Both the position numbers and the translations under genes were made by a program. The notes below the pieces were generated by a model. It was not told where the DNA came from. It did no database searches and worked only from the letters and a program-made list of their open reading frames with translations. From an uncultured archaeon (GTDB lineage: Archaea; Iainarchaeota; Iainarchaeia; Iainarchaeales; CSSED10-239), in contig CAYXWT010000007.1 in NCBI GenBank assembly GCA_964468895.1, forward strand, positions 1 to 25,062: a DNA stretch of 25,062 nucleotides. The letters run 5' to 3'. Of this stretch, positions 7,397 to 14,609 are shown piece by piece; the stretch's first letter is position 1, and every line of letters starts with the position of its first letter.

Positions 7397-8902
7397 ATGA
7401 CTGAAATTAATAAAATAAATAAATTAAATGAACTTATTGCAACAAAATCCTTATATTTTCCATCTGCAGAAATATATAGTGATAATTTTGGCGGTTTCTA
7501 TGAATTTGGTCCTATTGGAAATAGAATTAGATTAAATTTAATTAATTTTTGGAGAAAAGAATTTGTAAGAAAAAATAACTTTAAAGAAATTAGTGGTTCA
7601 TTAATACTTCCAAAAAGTGTATTTGTAGCTTCAGGTCATTTAGGTGGCTTTAACGATCCTATTGCAAGCTGTCAAAAATGTCATCAAAAATTTAAATTAG
7701 ACAAATATATAGCTGAAAAAGCAAATATGGATGTTCCAGAAAATTTAAGTGATGAAGAATATAAAAAGTTATTAATAGATAATAATATTACTTGTGATAC
7801 ATGTGGTGGACAATTAACAGATTTAAAAAGATTTAATTTAATGTCTTCTATTAATGTTGGTACTCAAGAAGGTAATATTGGTTATTTAAGAGGAGAGAGT
7901 TGTCAATCTATATTTTTAGATTTTTTAAGAATTTATAAAAGTGGAAGAGATAATCTTCCAATTGGTATTTCACAACATGGTCTAGTATATAGAAATGAGA
8001 TAGCACCTAGAAATGGATTGCTTAGAGGTAGAGAGTTTGAACAACTTGAAAGTGAGTTATTTTTTAATCCAAATACTATTAATGACTATGATGTAGATCA
8101 ATTTAATAATTATAAAATTAGATTTAAATTACTAAAAGATAATTTAGAAAAAGATTATTCTGTTGAACAAATTACTAAAGAAAATATTACTTGTGGAAAA
8201 CTAATAACTTATTATTTAGTAAAAACTCAAAAGTTTTTAGAAAAATTAGGTTTTAATCATAGTAAACTAAGATATAAAGAAGTTATAGATACTGATAAAG
8301 CATTTTATTCTAAACAAACTTTTGATTTAGAAATATATTGTGATAATGATTGGGTTGAATTATTTTCTTTAAATTATAGAACTGATTATGATCTTAAATC
8401 TCATTCAAAAGGCAGTAAAAAAGATATAGTAGTTAAAGAAGATGGTGTTATAATACATCCTCATGTTCTAGAAGTTTGTTCAATTGGTTTAGGAAGATTG
8501 TTTTATTTACTTTTAGAAAGTTCTTTTGAAATAAAAAAAGTAAATGAAGAAGAAAGAAAAATTCTTCATTTAAATTCTAAAATTGCACCTTACTTTGTAG
8601 GTATTTTACCATTAGTAAAAAAAGATGGCTTATTAGAGATTGCAAAAGAAATTGGAACTAAGTTAGATTGTGATGTCTTTGAATTTTATTTTGATGAAAA
8701 AGGTTCTATTGGTAAAAGATATTCTCGTTTAGATGAAATTGGTGTACCTTATTGTATTACTATAGATTATCAAACTAAAGAGGATAAGACTTTAACTATT
8801 AGAGAGCGAGATACATTTGAACAAAAAAGAATTTCTATAGATAAATTAGAAGATATTTTAAATAAATTATACTTTGAAAAAATAAGTTTTAAAGATATTT
8901 AA
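7397..8902 (+). CDS. glyS: Glycine--tRNA ligase (archaeal/eukaryal homodimeric class II type)
   Basis: YFPSAEIYSDNFGGFYEFGPIGNRIRLNLINFWRKEFV, plus class II motifs (YRNEIAPRNGLLRGREFEQLE) and a C-terminal anticodon-binding domain (GKRYSRLDEIGVPYCITID). GGTG lies 7 nt upstream of the ATG. Confidence 0.95.
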   Translation: MTEINKINKLNELIATKSLYFPSAEIYSDNFGGFYEFGPIGNRIRLNLINFWRKEFVRKNNFKEISGSLILPKSVFVASGHLGGFNDPIASCQKCHQKFKLDKYIAEKANMDVPENLSDEEYKKLLIDNNITCDTCGGQLTDLKRFNLMSSINVGTQEGNIGYLRGESCQSIFLDFLRIYKSGRDNLPIGISQHGLVYRNEIAPRNGLLRGREFEQLESELFFNPNTINDYDVDQFNNYKIRFKLLKDNLEKDYSVEQITKENITCGKLITYYLVKTQKFLEKLGFNHSKLRYKEVIDTDKAFYSKQTFDLEIYCDNDWVELFSLNYRTDYDLKSHSKGSKKDIVVKEDGVIIHPHVLEVCSIGLGRLFYLLLESSFEIKKVNEEERKILHLNSKIAPYFVGILPLVKKDGLLEIAKEIGTKLDCDVFEFYFDEKGSIGKRYSRLDEIGVPYCITIDYQTKEDKTLTIRERDTFEQKRISIDKLEDILNKLYFEKISFKDI

Positions 8903-8938
8903 AATTAATTTATTTTATTTATAAAACAAATGTTCTTT

Positions 8939-9011
8939 GCCTTTGTAGCTCAGTTGGTAGAGCATTTGCTTCGTAAGCAAAAGGTCGTGGGTTCAAAGCC
9001 CATCAAAGGCT
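8939..9011 (+). tRNA. tRNA-Thr (anticodon CGU)
   Basis: GCCTTTG-TA-GCTC-AGTTGGTA-GAGC-A-TTTGC-TTCGTAA-GCAAA-AGGTC-GTGGG-TTCAAAG-CCCAT-CAAAGGC-T gives a full hand-folded cloverleaf. No CCA is encoded. Confidence 0.9.
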
Positions 9012-9039
9012 TTGTGATTTCCTGAGCTTTCTATATTAA

Positions 9040-9069
9040 AAAGCAACTTGTTTATAAACTTGTTGCTTT
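9040..9069. promoter_or_regulatory. 30-bp near-perfect palindrome centred on a TATA-like box; candidate operator/promoter of the wHTH-NTase pair
   Basis: aaagcaacTTgtttataaacTTgttgcttt matches its own reverse complement at 26 of 30 positions. The core gtttataaac is a perfect palindrome. aacttgtt also occurs as a direct repeat on both sides of 'tata'. The centre lies about 27 nt upstream of the ATG at 9082, the spacing expected for an archaeal TATA box and a leaderless mRNA. Confidence 0.5.
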
Positions 9070-9081
9070 AAAATATAATTT

Positions 9082-9963
9082 ATGAAACTAACAAAAACTC
9101 AACTATATGTTTTTTTAGAAATTATAAAACAGAAAAATAAAGTTTCTTTGATATGTAAAGATCTTAATAAAAGTAGGTTTCAAATAAATAAAGTTATAAG
9201 GCAATTAATTGAAAAGAGATTTATTATAAAAGAAAAATATTTGTTAAATATATCTAATTATCCTTTTTCTTTAGAACTTAAGTTTTTATTAACTAAATTT
9301 CCTAAATTAATAACTGTTTTATCTGATAATGGTCTTATTTTATTAATTTCTTTTTTAAAAGAATCTACGGTTAAAGAAATTTCTGTAGATACTAAGATTA
9401 AAGAAATTACAATTTATAAATTTATAAATAAAGCAAATAATTTCTCAATTTTAATTAAAAGAAAAAATAAATATTTATTTAATGAAAAATTATGGGGTGA
9501 TTTAAAATATTTTTTATTAAATTATAAATCTTTTAATTATAATTTTGATAGTAAGGTACCTATTGGCTCAAAAATATATTATAAAAATAAAGATGAAATT
9601 GTATTTTCTTATGAAAAAGATTTAGATTGGGCTTCTATAACAGCATTTACTGCTTTTCAAAAATATAATATTCTTTTGTTTAGTAATATTGGTTATTATT
9701 ATTTACCTAAAAAAAGATTAACTAAAAAGGAGATTTTATTTCATACTGTTAAAATTGTTGAAAAAACAATGGATTTTAGGGAAATTTTGTATCTAGCACT
9801 ATTTTATTATAAATATAAAATTGAGTTTAAAAATATAAATTTAGAACTAAAATCAAATATATTAAATAATCTAGATCAAATTTATCTTGGAGAAAAAATA
9901 AAAGGATATCCTCCATTAAATGAAATTCAAGAAAAAGCAGAATTGTATGATATTAAATTGTGA
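9082..9963 (+). CDS. Double winged-helix (MarR/TrmB-like) DNA-binding protein with uncharacterised C-terminal domain; possible AbiEi-like antitoxin/regulator
   Basis: wHTH 1 is at about aa 5-55 (LYVFLEIIKQKNKVSLICKDLNKSRFQINKVIRQLIEKRFIIKEK). wHTH 2 is at about aa 85-135 (LISFLKESTVKEISVDTKIKEITIYKFINKANNFSILIKRKNKY). A ~150-aa C-terminal domain follows. It stops 7 nt upstream of the NTase gene. Confidence 0.45.
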   Translation: MKLTKTQLYVFLEIIKQKNKVSLICKDLNKSRFQINKVIRQLIEKRFIIKEKYLLNISNYPFSLELKFLLTKFPKLITVLSDNGLILLISFLKESTVKEISVDTKIKEITIYKFINKANNFSILIKRKNKYLFNEKLWGDLKYFLLNYKSFNYNFDSKVPIGSKIYYKNKDEIVFSYEKDLDWASITAFTAFQKYNILLFSNIGYYYLPKKRLTKKEILFHTVKIVEKTMDFREILYLALFYYKYKIEFKNINLELKSNILNNLDQIYLGEKIKGYPPLNEIQEKAELYDIKL

Positions 9964-9970
9964 TTGATTT

Positions 9971-10627
9971 ATGACTAGATACATTGATAGTTTTGACCAA
10001 ATATTTGAGGTTTTTGAAAAGTTAGATAAAAAATTAAACAGAAAGACGAATATTTATCTTATTGGAGGTGCTGTCTTATTATATAATAACCTTAAAGTAG
10101 GCACAAAAGACATTGATATTGTTGTTTTAAAAAAAGATGATTTTGATTTATTTAATAGTATTTTGTTGAAATCAGAATTTATAATAGAAAAGCCAACAAA
10201 AGATTATTCTCATATGAAATTAGATAAAATATTAGTTAAAGAAAATTATAGAATTGATATTTTTAATAAAATTGTTTGTGGAAAATTATCTTTAAGTGAA
10301 AGTATGATTAAAAGAGCTAAACTTATAAAAAATTATAAACATATTGATTTGTTTGCTTGTTCTAATGAAGATGTATTTGTATTTAAAAGTATTACTGAAA
10401 GGGATGGAGATGTTGATGATTGTCAATCTATATCTCTTTCTAGTATTAATTGGAATATTGTATTTGATGAAATAAAATATCAAATTAAAGAAAACGGTTC
10501 TGATGTTTGGATTACTTGGTTTGAAGAAAGATTAAATTTACTTGAAGATAGAGGAATTGTAATTCCTATAATTAAAGATATAAGAACTATGAGTAAGGTG
10601 TATTTTGATAAGTTAGAAAAAGATTAG
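9971..10627 (+). CDS. Minimal nucleotidyltransferase-fold protein (AbiEii / MNT / DUF6036-like)
   Basis: IYLIGGAVLLYNNLKVGTKDIDIVV gives the G[GS] and DxD pattern of pol-beta-fold NTases. A third acidic strand is YRIDIF. The downstream CSNEDVFVFKSITERDGDVDDCQSI resembles the ..eD.i..Kl.agR.kD..D block seen in HTH-associated archaeal NTases. Confidence 0.5.
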   Translation: MTRYIDSFDQIFEVFEKLDKKLNRKTNIYLIGGAVLLYNNLKVGTKDIDIVVLKKDDFDLFNSILLKSEFIIEKPTKDYSHMKLDKILVKENYRIDIFNKIVCGKLSLSESMIKRAKLIKNYKHIDLFACSNEDVFVFKSITERDGDVDDCQSISLSSINWNIVFDEIKYQIKENGSDVWITWFEERLNLLEDRGIVIPIIKDIRTMSKVYFDKLEKD

Positions 10628-10704
10628 AATTGGTATAATTGTAGTTTTATTAAAAATATATATTTAATGAAATTGCATTTACTTATTAAATTTAAAAAAA
10701 TAAG

Positions 10705-10788
10705 AATAAATATAGTTTAAATAATATTGTTTCTTCTAATTATATACTAATTTAAAAAAACAAAAATATTTTTGGAAAAAATAAGGTT
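10705..10788 (+). repeat. Non-coding duplicate of the 3' end of the GNAT gene (copy of 12102-12184)
   Basis: A 42-nt perfect match (10705-10746 = 12102-12143) is followed by 42 nt with 3 mismatches and a 1-nt A-run indel. Weaker similarity may extend back to about 10629-10685. Confidence 0.9.
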
Positions 10789-10806
10789 CTAAAACAAATA
10801 TTCTTT

Positions 10807-10879
10807 GCTTTTGTAGTTAAATTGAAAAAATATTTGATTAGCAAGCAAAAGGTAGTGGGTTCAAATTCCATCAAAAGCT
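10807..10879 (+). pseudogene. Decayed full-length copy of tRNA-Thr (tRNA-like remnant; anticodon position now AGC)
   Basis: It has the same length (73 nt) as the 8939-9011 tRNA and aligns without indels. By hand alignment 57 of 73 positions are identical, and 14 of the 16 changes are G/C->A/T. The acceptor stem is still fully paired, with a compensatory C3-G70 -> T3-A70 change. The T arm is still paired. The D and anticodon stems are disrupted. The 16-nt leader is also copied (15/16 identical). Confidence 0.75.
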
Positions 10880-10885
10880 TTTAGT

Positions 10886-11646
10886 GTGTATGATATGTTA
10901 TTTAAATTTTTTAAAAAAAGACCAAAGGTATTATTAGGTAAAATTAATTTAAAACCAAATGAAAGAGTTAGAACAAAAAGTTCTGTTGATAGTAAATTAG
11001 TTGTAACTAAGGTTAATGGTAGAACTCAGTATTATTCAAAATATTTTGGTTCTAAAGGTTCTATAAAAGATAGGCTTGTTTTACATTTAAGTGTAGTTGC
11101 AAAAAATTTAATTAACAGGATAACAAATAAAGAAATTAATTTTGAAAATAGTTTTGTTAAAATTAATTTATGTCCATTTTACGTGTCAGAAGGTTCAAAC
11201 CATGATCATGTTTATAGTTTAAATATGTATTCTAAAAAAGATAAGACTTCACAAAAATATTTTGTAAAAACGTCTAAAGAAAATATGTTTCCTAGTTCTA
11301 ATGAATTTGTTGCGAATAAAATCTTTGAAAAGTTTGGTATTAATACAATTAAACCACACATTGCATATTTTAATCCTGAATCAAAAGGTAATTTTATAAT
11401 ATATGATTTTACAAATTTAAGTTCTTTATCTTTGTCAAGATCTCATGGTGAAATTACATCCTCAGAATATATATCGGTACTGAAAAAAGCAGAAAAATTA
11501 TATGATTATTGTTAGGATATTTTGACTTTAAAGGTATTGGAGATTTTTTAAATCCTGCTAATATTTTTGTAAAAAAAACTGCTGATAATAAAATTAAGAT
11601 ATATTTTACAGATTTATTGATTGGAGTCAAAATCCATACTTATTAA
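10886..11646 (+). pseudogene. Kinase-like (protein-kinase/APH/RIO-type fold) gene interrupted by a -1 frameshift and C-terminally short
   Basis: The ORF 10886..11515 (GTG start; first ATG at 10895) has N-lobe-like features: KYFVKTSKEN (beta3 Lys), NEFVANKIFEKFGI (alphaC) and FIIYDF (hinge). It then hits TAG at 11513. The -1 frame, open from 11506 to a TAA at 11644-11646, continues with GYFDFKGIGDFLNPANIFVKK...KIYFTDLLIG. That resembles a catalytic-loop (GDxxPxNI) and DFG-like pair. Confidence 0.4.
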
Positions 11647-11681
11647 TATCTTTTAAAAAAATAAATAAATTTAAGATTTTT

Positions 11682-12206
11682 ATGAAAGTTAAATTAAAAG
11701 ATAAAGTTTTTAATTATAGATTTGCAAAAAAAGAAGATATTAATAGATGTTTATATCTTGAAAAGATTATTGCAAATGAATCTGATTCAAATTTACATCT
11801 TAGTTATAATAAAAAAGATCTTATACATAAGCTTGTTAATAAAAATAAGATATTATTATTATTTTATAAAAATAGATTAATAGCTTATTCTAATGTAGAA
11901 TTATCTAATAAAGATAGATTAAATTGGATAGATGAATTTGATATAAAGAAAAAATTTTTTTGTTTTGTAGGTTATTTAGGTGGTACAAGAGTTAGTTCTA
12001 ACTTTAGAGGTTATGGTATTCAAAGATTCTTTATTAGAAAAAGAGAAGAATATCTTAAAAAAATTGGATGTAAGTTATCGCTTATTACAGTTCATCCAAA
12101 AAATAAATATAGTTTAAATAATATTGTTTCTTCTAATTATATATTAATTAAAAAAAATAAAAATATTTTTGGAAAAATAAGGTTATTTTATAAGAAAAAA
12201 ATTTAA
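11682..12206 (+). CDS. GNAT-family N-acetyltransferase
   Basis: The acetyl-CoA motif A-like block is GGTRVSSNFRGYGIQRFFIRKREEYLKKIGCKLSLITVHPKNKYSLNNI. Length is 174 aa. Confidence 0.7.
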   Translation: MKVKLKDKVFNYRFAKKEDINRCLYLEKIIANESDSNLHLSYNKKDLIHKLVNKNKILLLFYKNRLIAYSNVELSNKDRLNWIDEFDIKKKFFCFVGYLGGTRVSSNFRGYGIQRFFIRKREEYLKKIGCKLSLITVHPKNKYSLNNIVSSNYILIKKNKNIFGKIRLFYKKKI

Positions 12207-12225
12207 ATTAAAAATGTGGTAAATT

Positions 12226-12933
12226 ATGAGTGAAAGAATAAATCAAATAATTATATATGCTTTATTGATTATTGCTTTTATTTTAATTATTAATTTTGCA
12301 ATAAATTATGATTATAATAAAACAAAAGATCAAATAGGAGTTAATGAAAATATATTTGACAAAAATGAAAATGTTGATATAAATTATATAGAAGATGTAA
12401 ATAAAGAATTAGGTGAAATAAATATGAATGAATATGAAAATTATCCGATAGTTGTTATAGAGACAAGTAAAGGAAATATAGTACTTAAATTAAATAAAGA
12501 AAAGGCTCCAATCACTGTTGCTAACTTTTTAAAATATGTAAATAATGAATTTTATAATCAAACTGTATTTCATAGAGTTATTAAAGATTTTATGATACAA
12601 GGAGGAGGTTTTTCTTATGATGGTTCTAAAAAAGAAACTCTTGAACCTATTATTTTAGAATCAAGCAATGGTCTTAAAAATTTAAAAGGAACTATTGCAA
12701 TGGCAAGAACAATGGATCCAGATTCTGCTACTGCTCAATTTTTTATAAATGTAGTAAATAATGATTTTTTAGATTATACTTCTCAAAGTCCAGGTTATGC
12801 AGTTTTTGGAGAAGTTATAGAAGGTATTGATGTTGTAATGATTATTCAAGATGTTGCAACTAAAACTAATAATGATCATCAAGATTGGCCTATAGATGAT
12901 GTTGTAATAAATAAAGTTTATTTAAGAGAATAA
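12226..12933 (+). CDS. Cyclophilin-type peptidyl-prolyl cis-trans isomerase with N-terminal membrane anchor
   Basis: The N-terminal TM helix is IIIYALLIIAFILIINFAI. The cyclophilin core is VVIETSKGNIVLKLNKEKAPITVANFLKYV...FHRVIKDFMIQGGGF...GTIAMAR...SATAQFFIN. Confidence 0.9.
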   Translation: MSERINQIIIYALLIIAFILIINFAINYDYNKTKDQIGVNENIFDKNENVDINYIEDVNKELGEINMNEYENYPIVVIETSKGNIVLKLNKEKAPITVANFLKYVNNEFYNQTVFHRVIKDFMIQGGGFSYDGSKKETLEPIILESSNGLKNLKGTIAMARTMDPDSATAQFFINVVNNDFLDYTSQSPGYAVFGEVIEGIDVVMIIQDVATKTNNDHQDWPIDDVVINKVYLRE

Positions 12934-12990
12934 TTATATTCTCTTTTTTAAACAATATTTATAAATTAATCTAGATATTATATATATATT

Positions 12991-13956
12991 ATGTTGGCTT
13001 TAATATTTTGGATAATTGTTTTAATAGTAAGTTTATTTTTATTAGTTAAAGCTAGTAGTTATTTTGTAGACTCTTCTGAGAAATTAGGAATCTATATGGG
13101 TTTCTCTGCTTTTGTTATTGGTGTTTTAATTACAAGTATAGGTACTTCTTTACCTGAACTTATATCTTCTATATTTTCTATACTAAAAAATAGTTCTGAA
13201 ATTGTTGTTAGTAATATAGTAGGTTCTAATATTGCAAATCTGTTTTTAGTTTTTGGAATTGTCGCAATTGTTAAAAAAAAAATTAATATTGATTACGATA
13301 TAATTAGTGTAGATTTACCAATGTTTGTTGCTGCCGCTTTTTTATTAGGTTTTATTATTATTGATTTAAAAGTTACTATTTTTGAAACAATTATTTCTTT
13401 ATTATTTTTAACAGTTTATTTAGTATATACTATTAGAAGTAAAACTATTTCTGAAGATAAAGAAATAAAAAAAGAAACTAAAGATTTTATTACCAAAAAC
13501 AAAAAATCCAATTTATTTCAACCAATCTTTATATTTGTTGCAAGTATAGGTGTTATATTTGTGGGTGCAGAGTATGTAATTGAATCTATTATCCATTTGT
13601 CAAGGATATTAAACATAGGTAAAGATATCATTGCTGTTAGTATTGTTGCTTTAGGTACATCTTTACCAGAATTAGTAGTGTCTTTAACAGCGGCTAGTAA
13701 AAATAAGATTGAAATTGCTGTTGGAAACATTCTTGGTTCAACTATATTTAATTGTGTAGGTGTACTTGGAATATCATCTTTATTTGGAAATATTATAATA
13801 ACACCAACTATTTTGACATATGCTTTACCATTAATGCTTAGTGGAGTCATAATTTATTTTTTTGTAACTCAAGATAAGAAAATAACTTATGTTGAAGGTT
13901 GGATTCTTTTAATATTTTATATTTTGTTTTTAGGGTACATCTTTGGTTTAGTGTAA
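12991..13956 (+). CDS. Ca2+/cation (Na+) antiporter, CaCA family (YrbG/NCX-like)
   Basis: Polytopic membrane protein with two alpha-repeat signatures (IGTSLPELISS and LGTSLPELVVS) and GNILGSTIFN. Confidence 0.85.
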   Translation: MLALIFWIIVLIVSLFLLVKASSYFVDSSEKLGIYMGFSAFVIGVLITSIGTSLPELISSIFSILKNSSEIVVSNIVGSNIANLFLVFGIVAIVKKKINIDYDIISVDLPMFVAAAFLLGFIIIDLKVTIFETIISLLFLTVYLVYTIRSKTISEDKEIKKETKDFITKNKKSNLFQPIFIFVASIGVIFVGAEYVIESIIHLSRILNIGKDIIAVSIVALGTSLPELVVSLTAASKNKIEIAVGNILGSTIFNCVGVLGISSLFGNIIITPTILTYALPLMLSGVIIYFFVTQDKKITYVEGWILLIFYILFLGYIFGLV

Positions 13957-13988
13957 AGCATATTAATAATTGGTATAAATTATAGTAT

Positions 13989-14597
13989 TTAGATTTTTTG
14001 ACCAATTACAAAAATATGTTTTTTTTCAAAAGGATCTAATCTTTTGTAATCTATTATTTTAAAGTATTTTCTAAATTCTTGAAGCTGTTTTTCAATAATA
14101 TTACTAGTTTTACCTTGAGAAATAGCTGTAGTTTTTAAGCTTAGCATAACAAATCCTTTTTCTTTTAAAAAAACATCTGAATTTTTTTTAAGGATTTCAA
14201 CTTGATTTTTTTGAGCTACATCTTGTATAATAATATCAACCTTAAAATCTACTAGATCTTTATATTTTTCAGGTTTATTAGCATCTTCTAATATAGGAAC
14301 TAAATTACCTCTTTTTTTAGATATTAAATAAAATTTTTGCATACTATGTGCAGAAATATCTACACCTATTGCAATACCTTTTAAAATAATATCTGAGATA
14401 TATGATATAGTATATCCTTCTGCAACTCCTAAATATAAAATTTTAGAATCTTCTTCTATAGGAAATATATTTATTTTCTTTTTTAGAGCTGCACATACTT
14501 TAGATCTTGTAGGATCCCAAAATCTTTTTTTACCACTTATTTTATCAATAGTATAATAAGTATTATCTTTAAATATTAAACTTTTTAAATTATTCAT
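13989..14597 (-). CDS. flpA: Fibrillarin-like rRNA/tRNA 2'-O-methyltransferase
   Basis: FWDPTRSKVCAAL, ILYLGVAEGYTISYISDI (SAM motif I), GVDISAHSMQ, NLVPILEDANKPEKY and VDIIIQDVAQKNQ. It lies 12 nt downstream of nop5 on the same strand, the classical archaeal operon. Confidence 0.9.
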   Translation of the reverse strand: MNNLKSLIFKDNTYYTIDKISGKKRFWDPTRSKVCAALKKKINIFPIEEDSKILYLGVAEGYTISYISDIILKGIAIGVDISAHSMQKFYLISKKRGNLVPILEDANKPEKYKDLVDFKVDIIIQDVAQKNQVEILKKNSDVFLKEKGFVMLSLKTTAISQGKTSNIIEKQLQEFRKYFKIIDYKRLDPFEKKHIFVIGQKI

Positions 14598-14609
14598 ATT
14601 ATTCCAATT

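Noticed and set aside
10292-10483. Track ORF 10292..10483(-).
   Set aside because: It is antisense inside the NTase gene and has no supporting signals.
10628-10645. The motif aattggta(taa) just after the stop codons of three plus-strand genes (5424, 10628, 13968), considered as a possible shared terminator or element end.
   Set aside because: An 8-mer of this composition is expected about once per strand in 25 kb of such AT-rich DNA, and three hits are not convincing. The 10628 copy may instead be decayed GNAT-derived sequence (compare aattggatgtaag at 12062).
8939-10879. The tRNA-Thr and its diverged copy as a DGR template/variable repeat pair (DGRs are known in DPANN archaea).
   Set aside because: No reverse transcriptase is present in the window. 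The intact copy is a functional tRNA, not a coding variable region. Substitutions are general G/C->A/T decay rather than adenine-specific mutagenesis of a template.
11500-11520. Programmed -1 ribosomal frameshifting in the kinase-like gene.
   Set aside because: There is no X XXY YYZ slippery heptamer or obvious downstream stimulatory structure, and the product would still lack a C-lobe. Decay or an assembly error is more parsimonious.
9012-11681. Calling the region downstream of tRNA-Thr an integrated mobile element or provirus.
   Set aside because: I recognised no integrase, transposase, replication or capsid gene. The repeat covers the tRNA leader and full length rather than a 3' att core. 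I report it as a rearrangement scar, not as a mobile_element feature.
13518-13850. Track ORF 13518..13850(-), 110 aa.
   Set aside because: It is antisense inside the CaCA antiporter, which has clear duplicated GTSLPEL signatures, so a shadow ORF.
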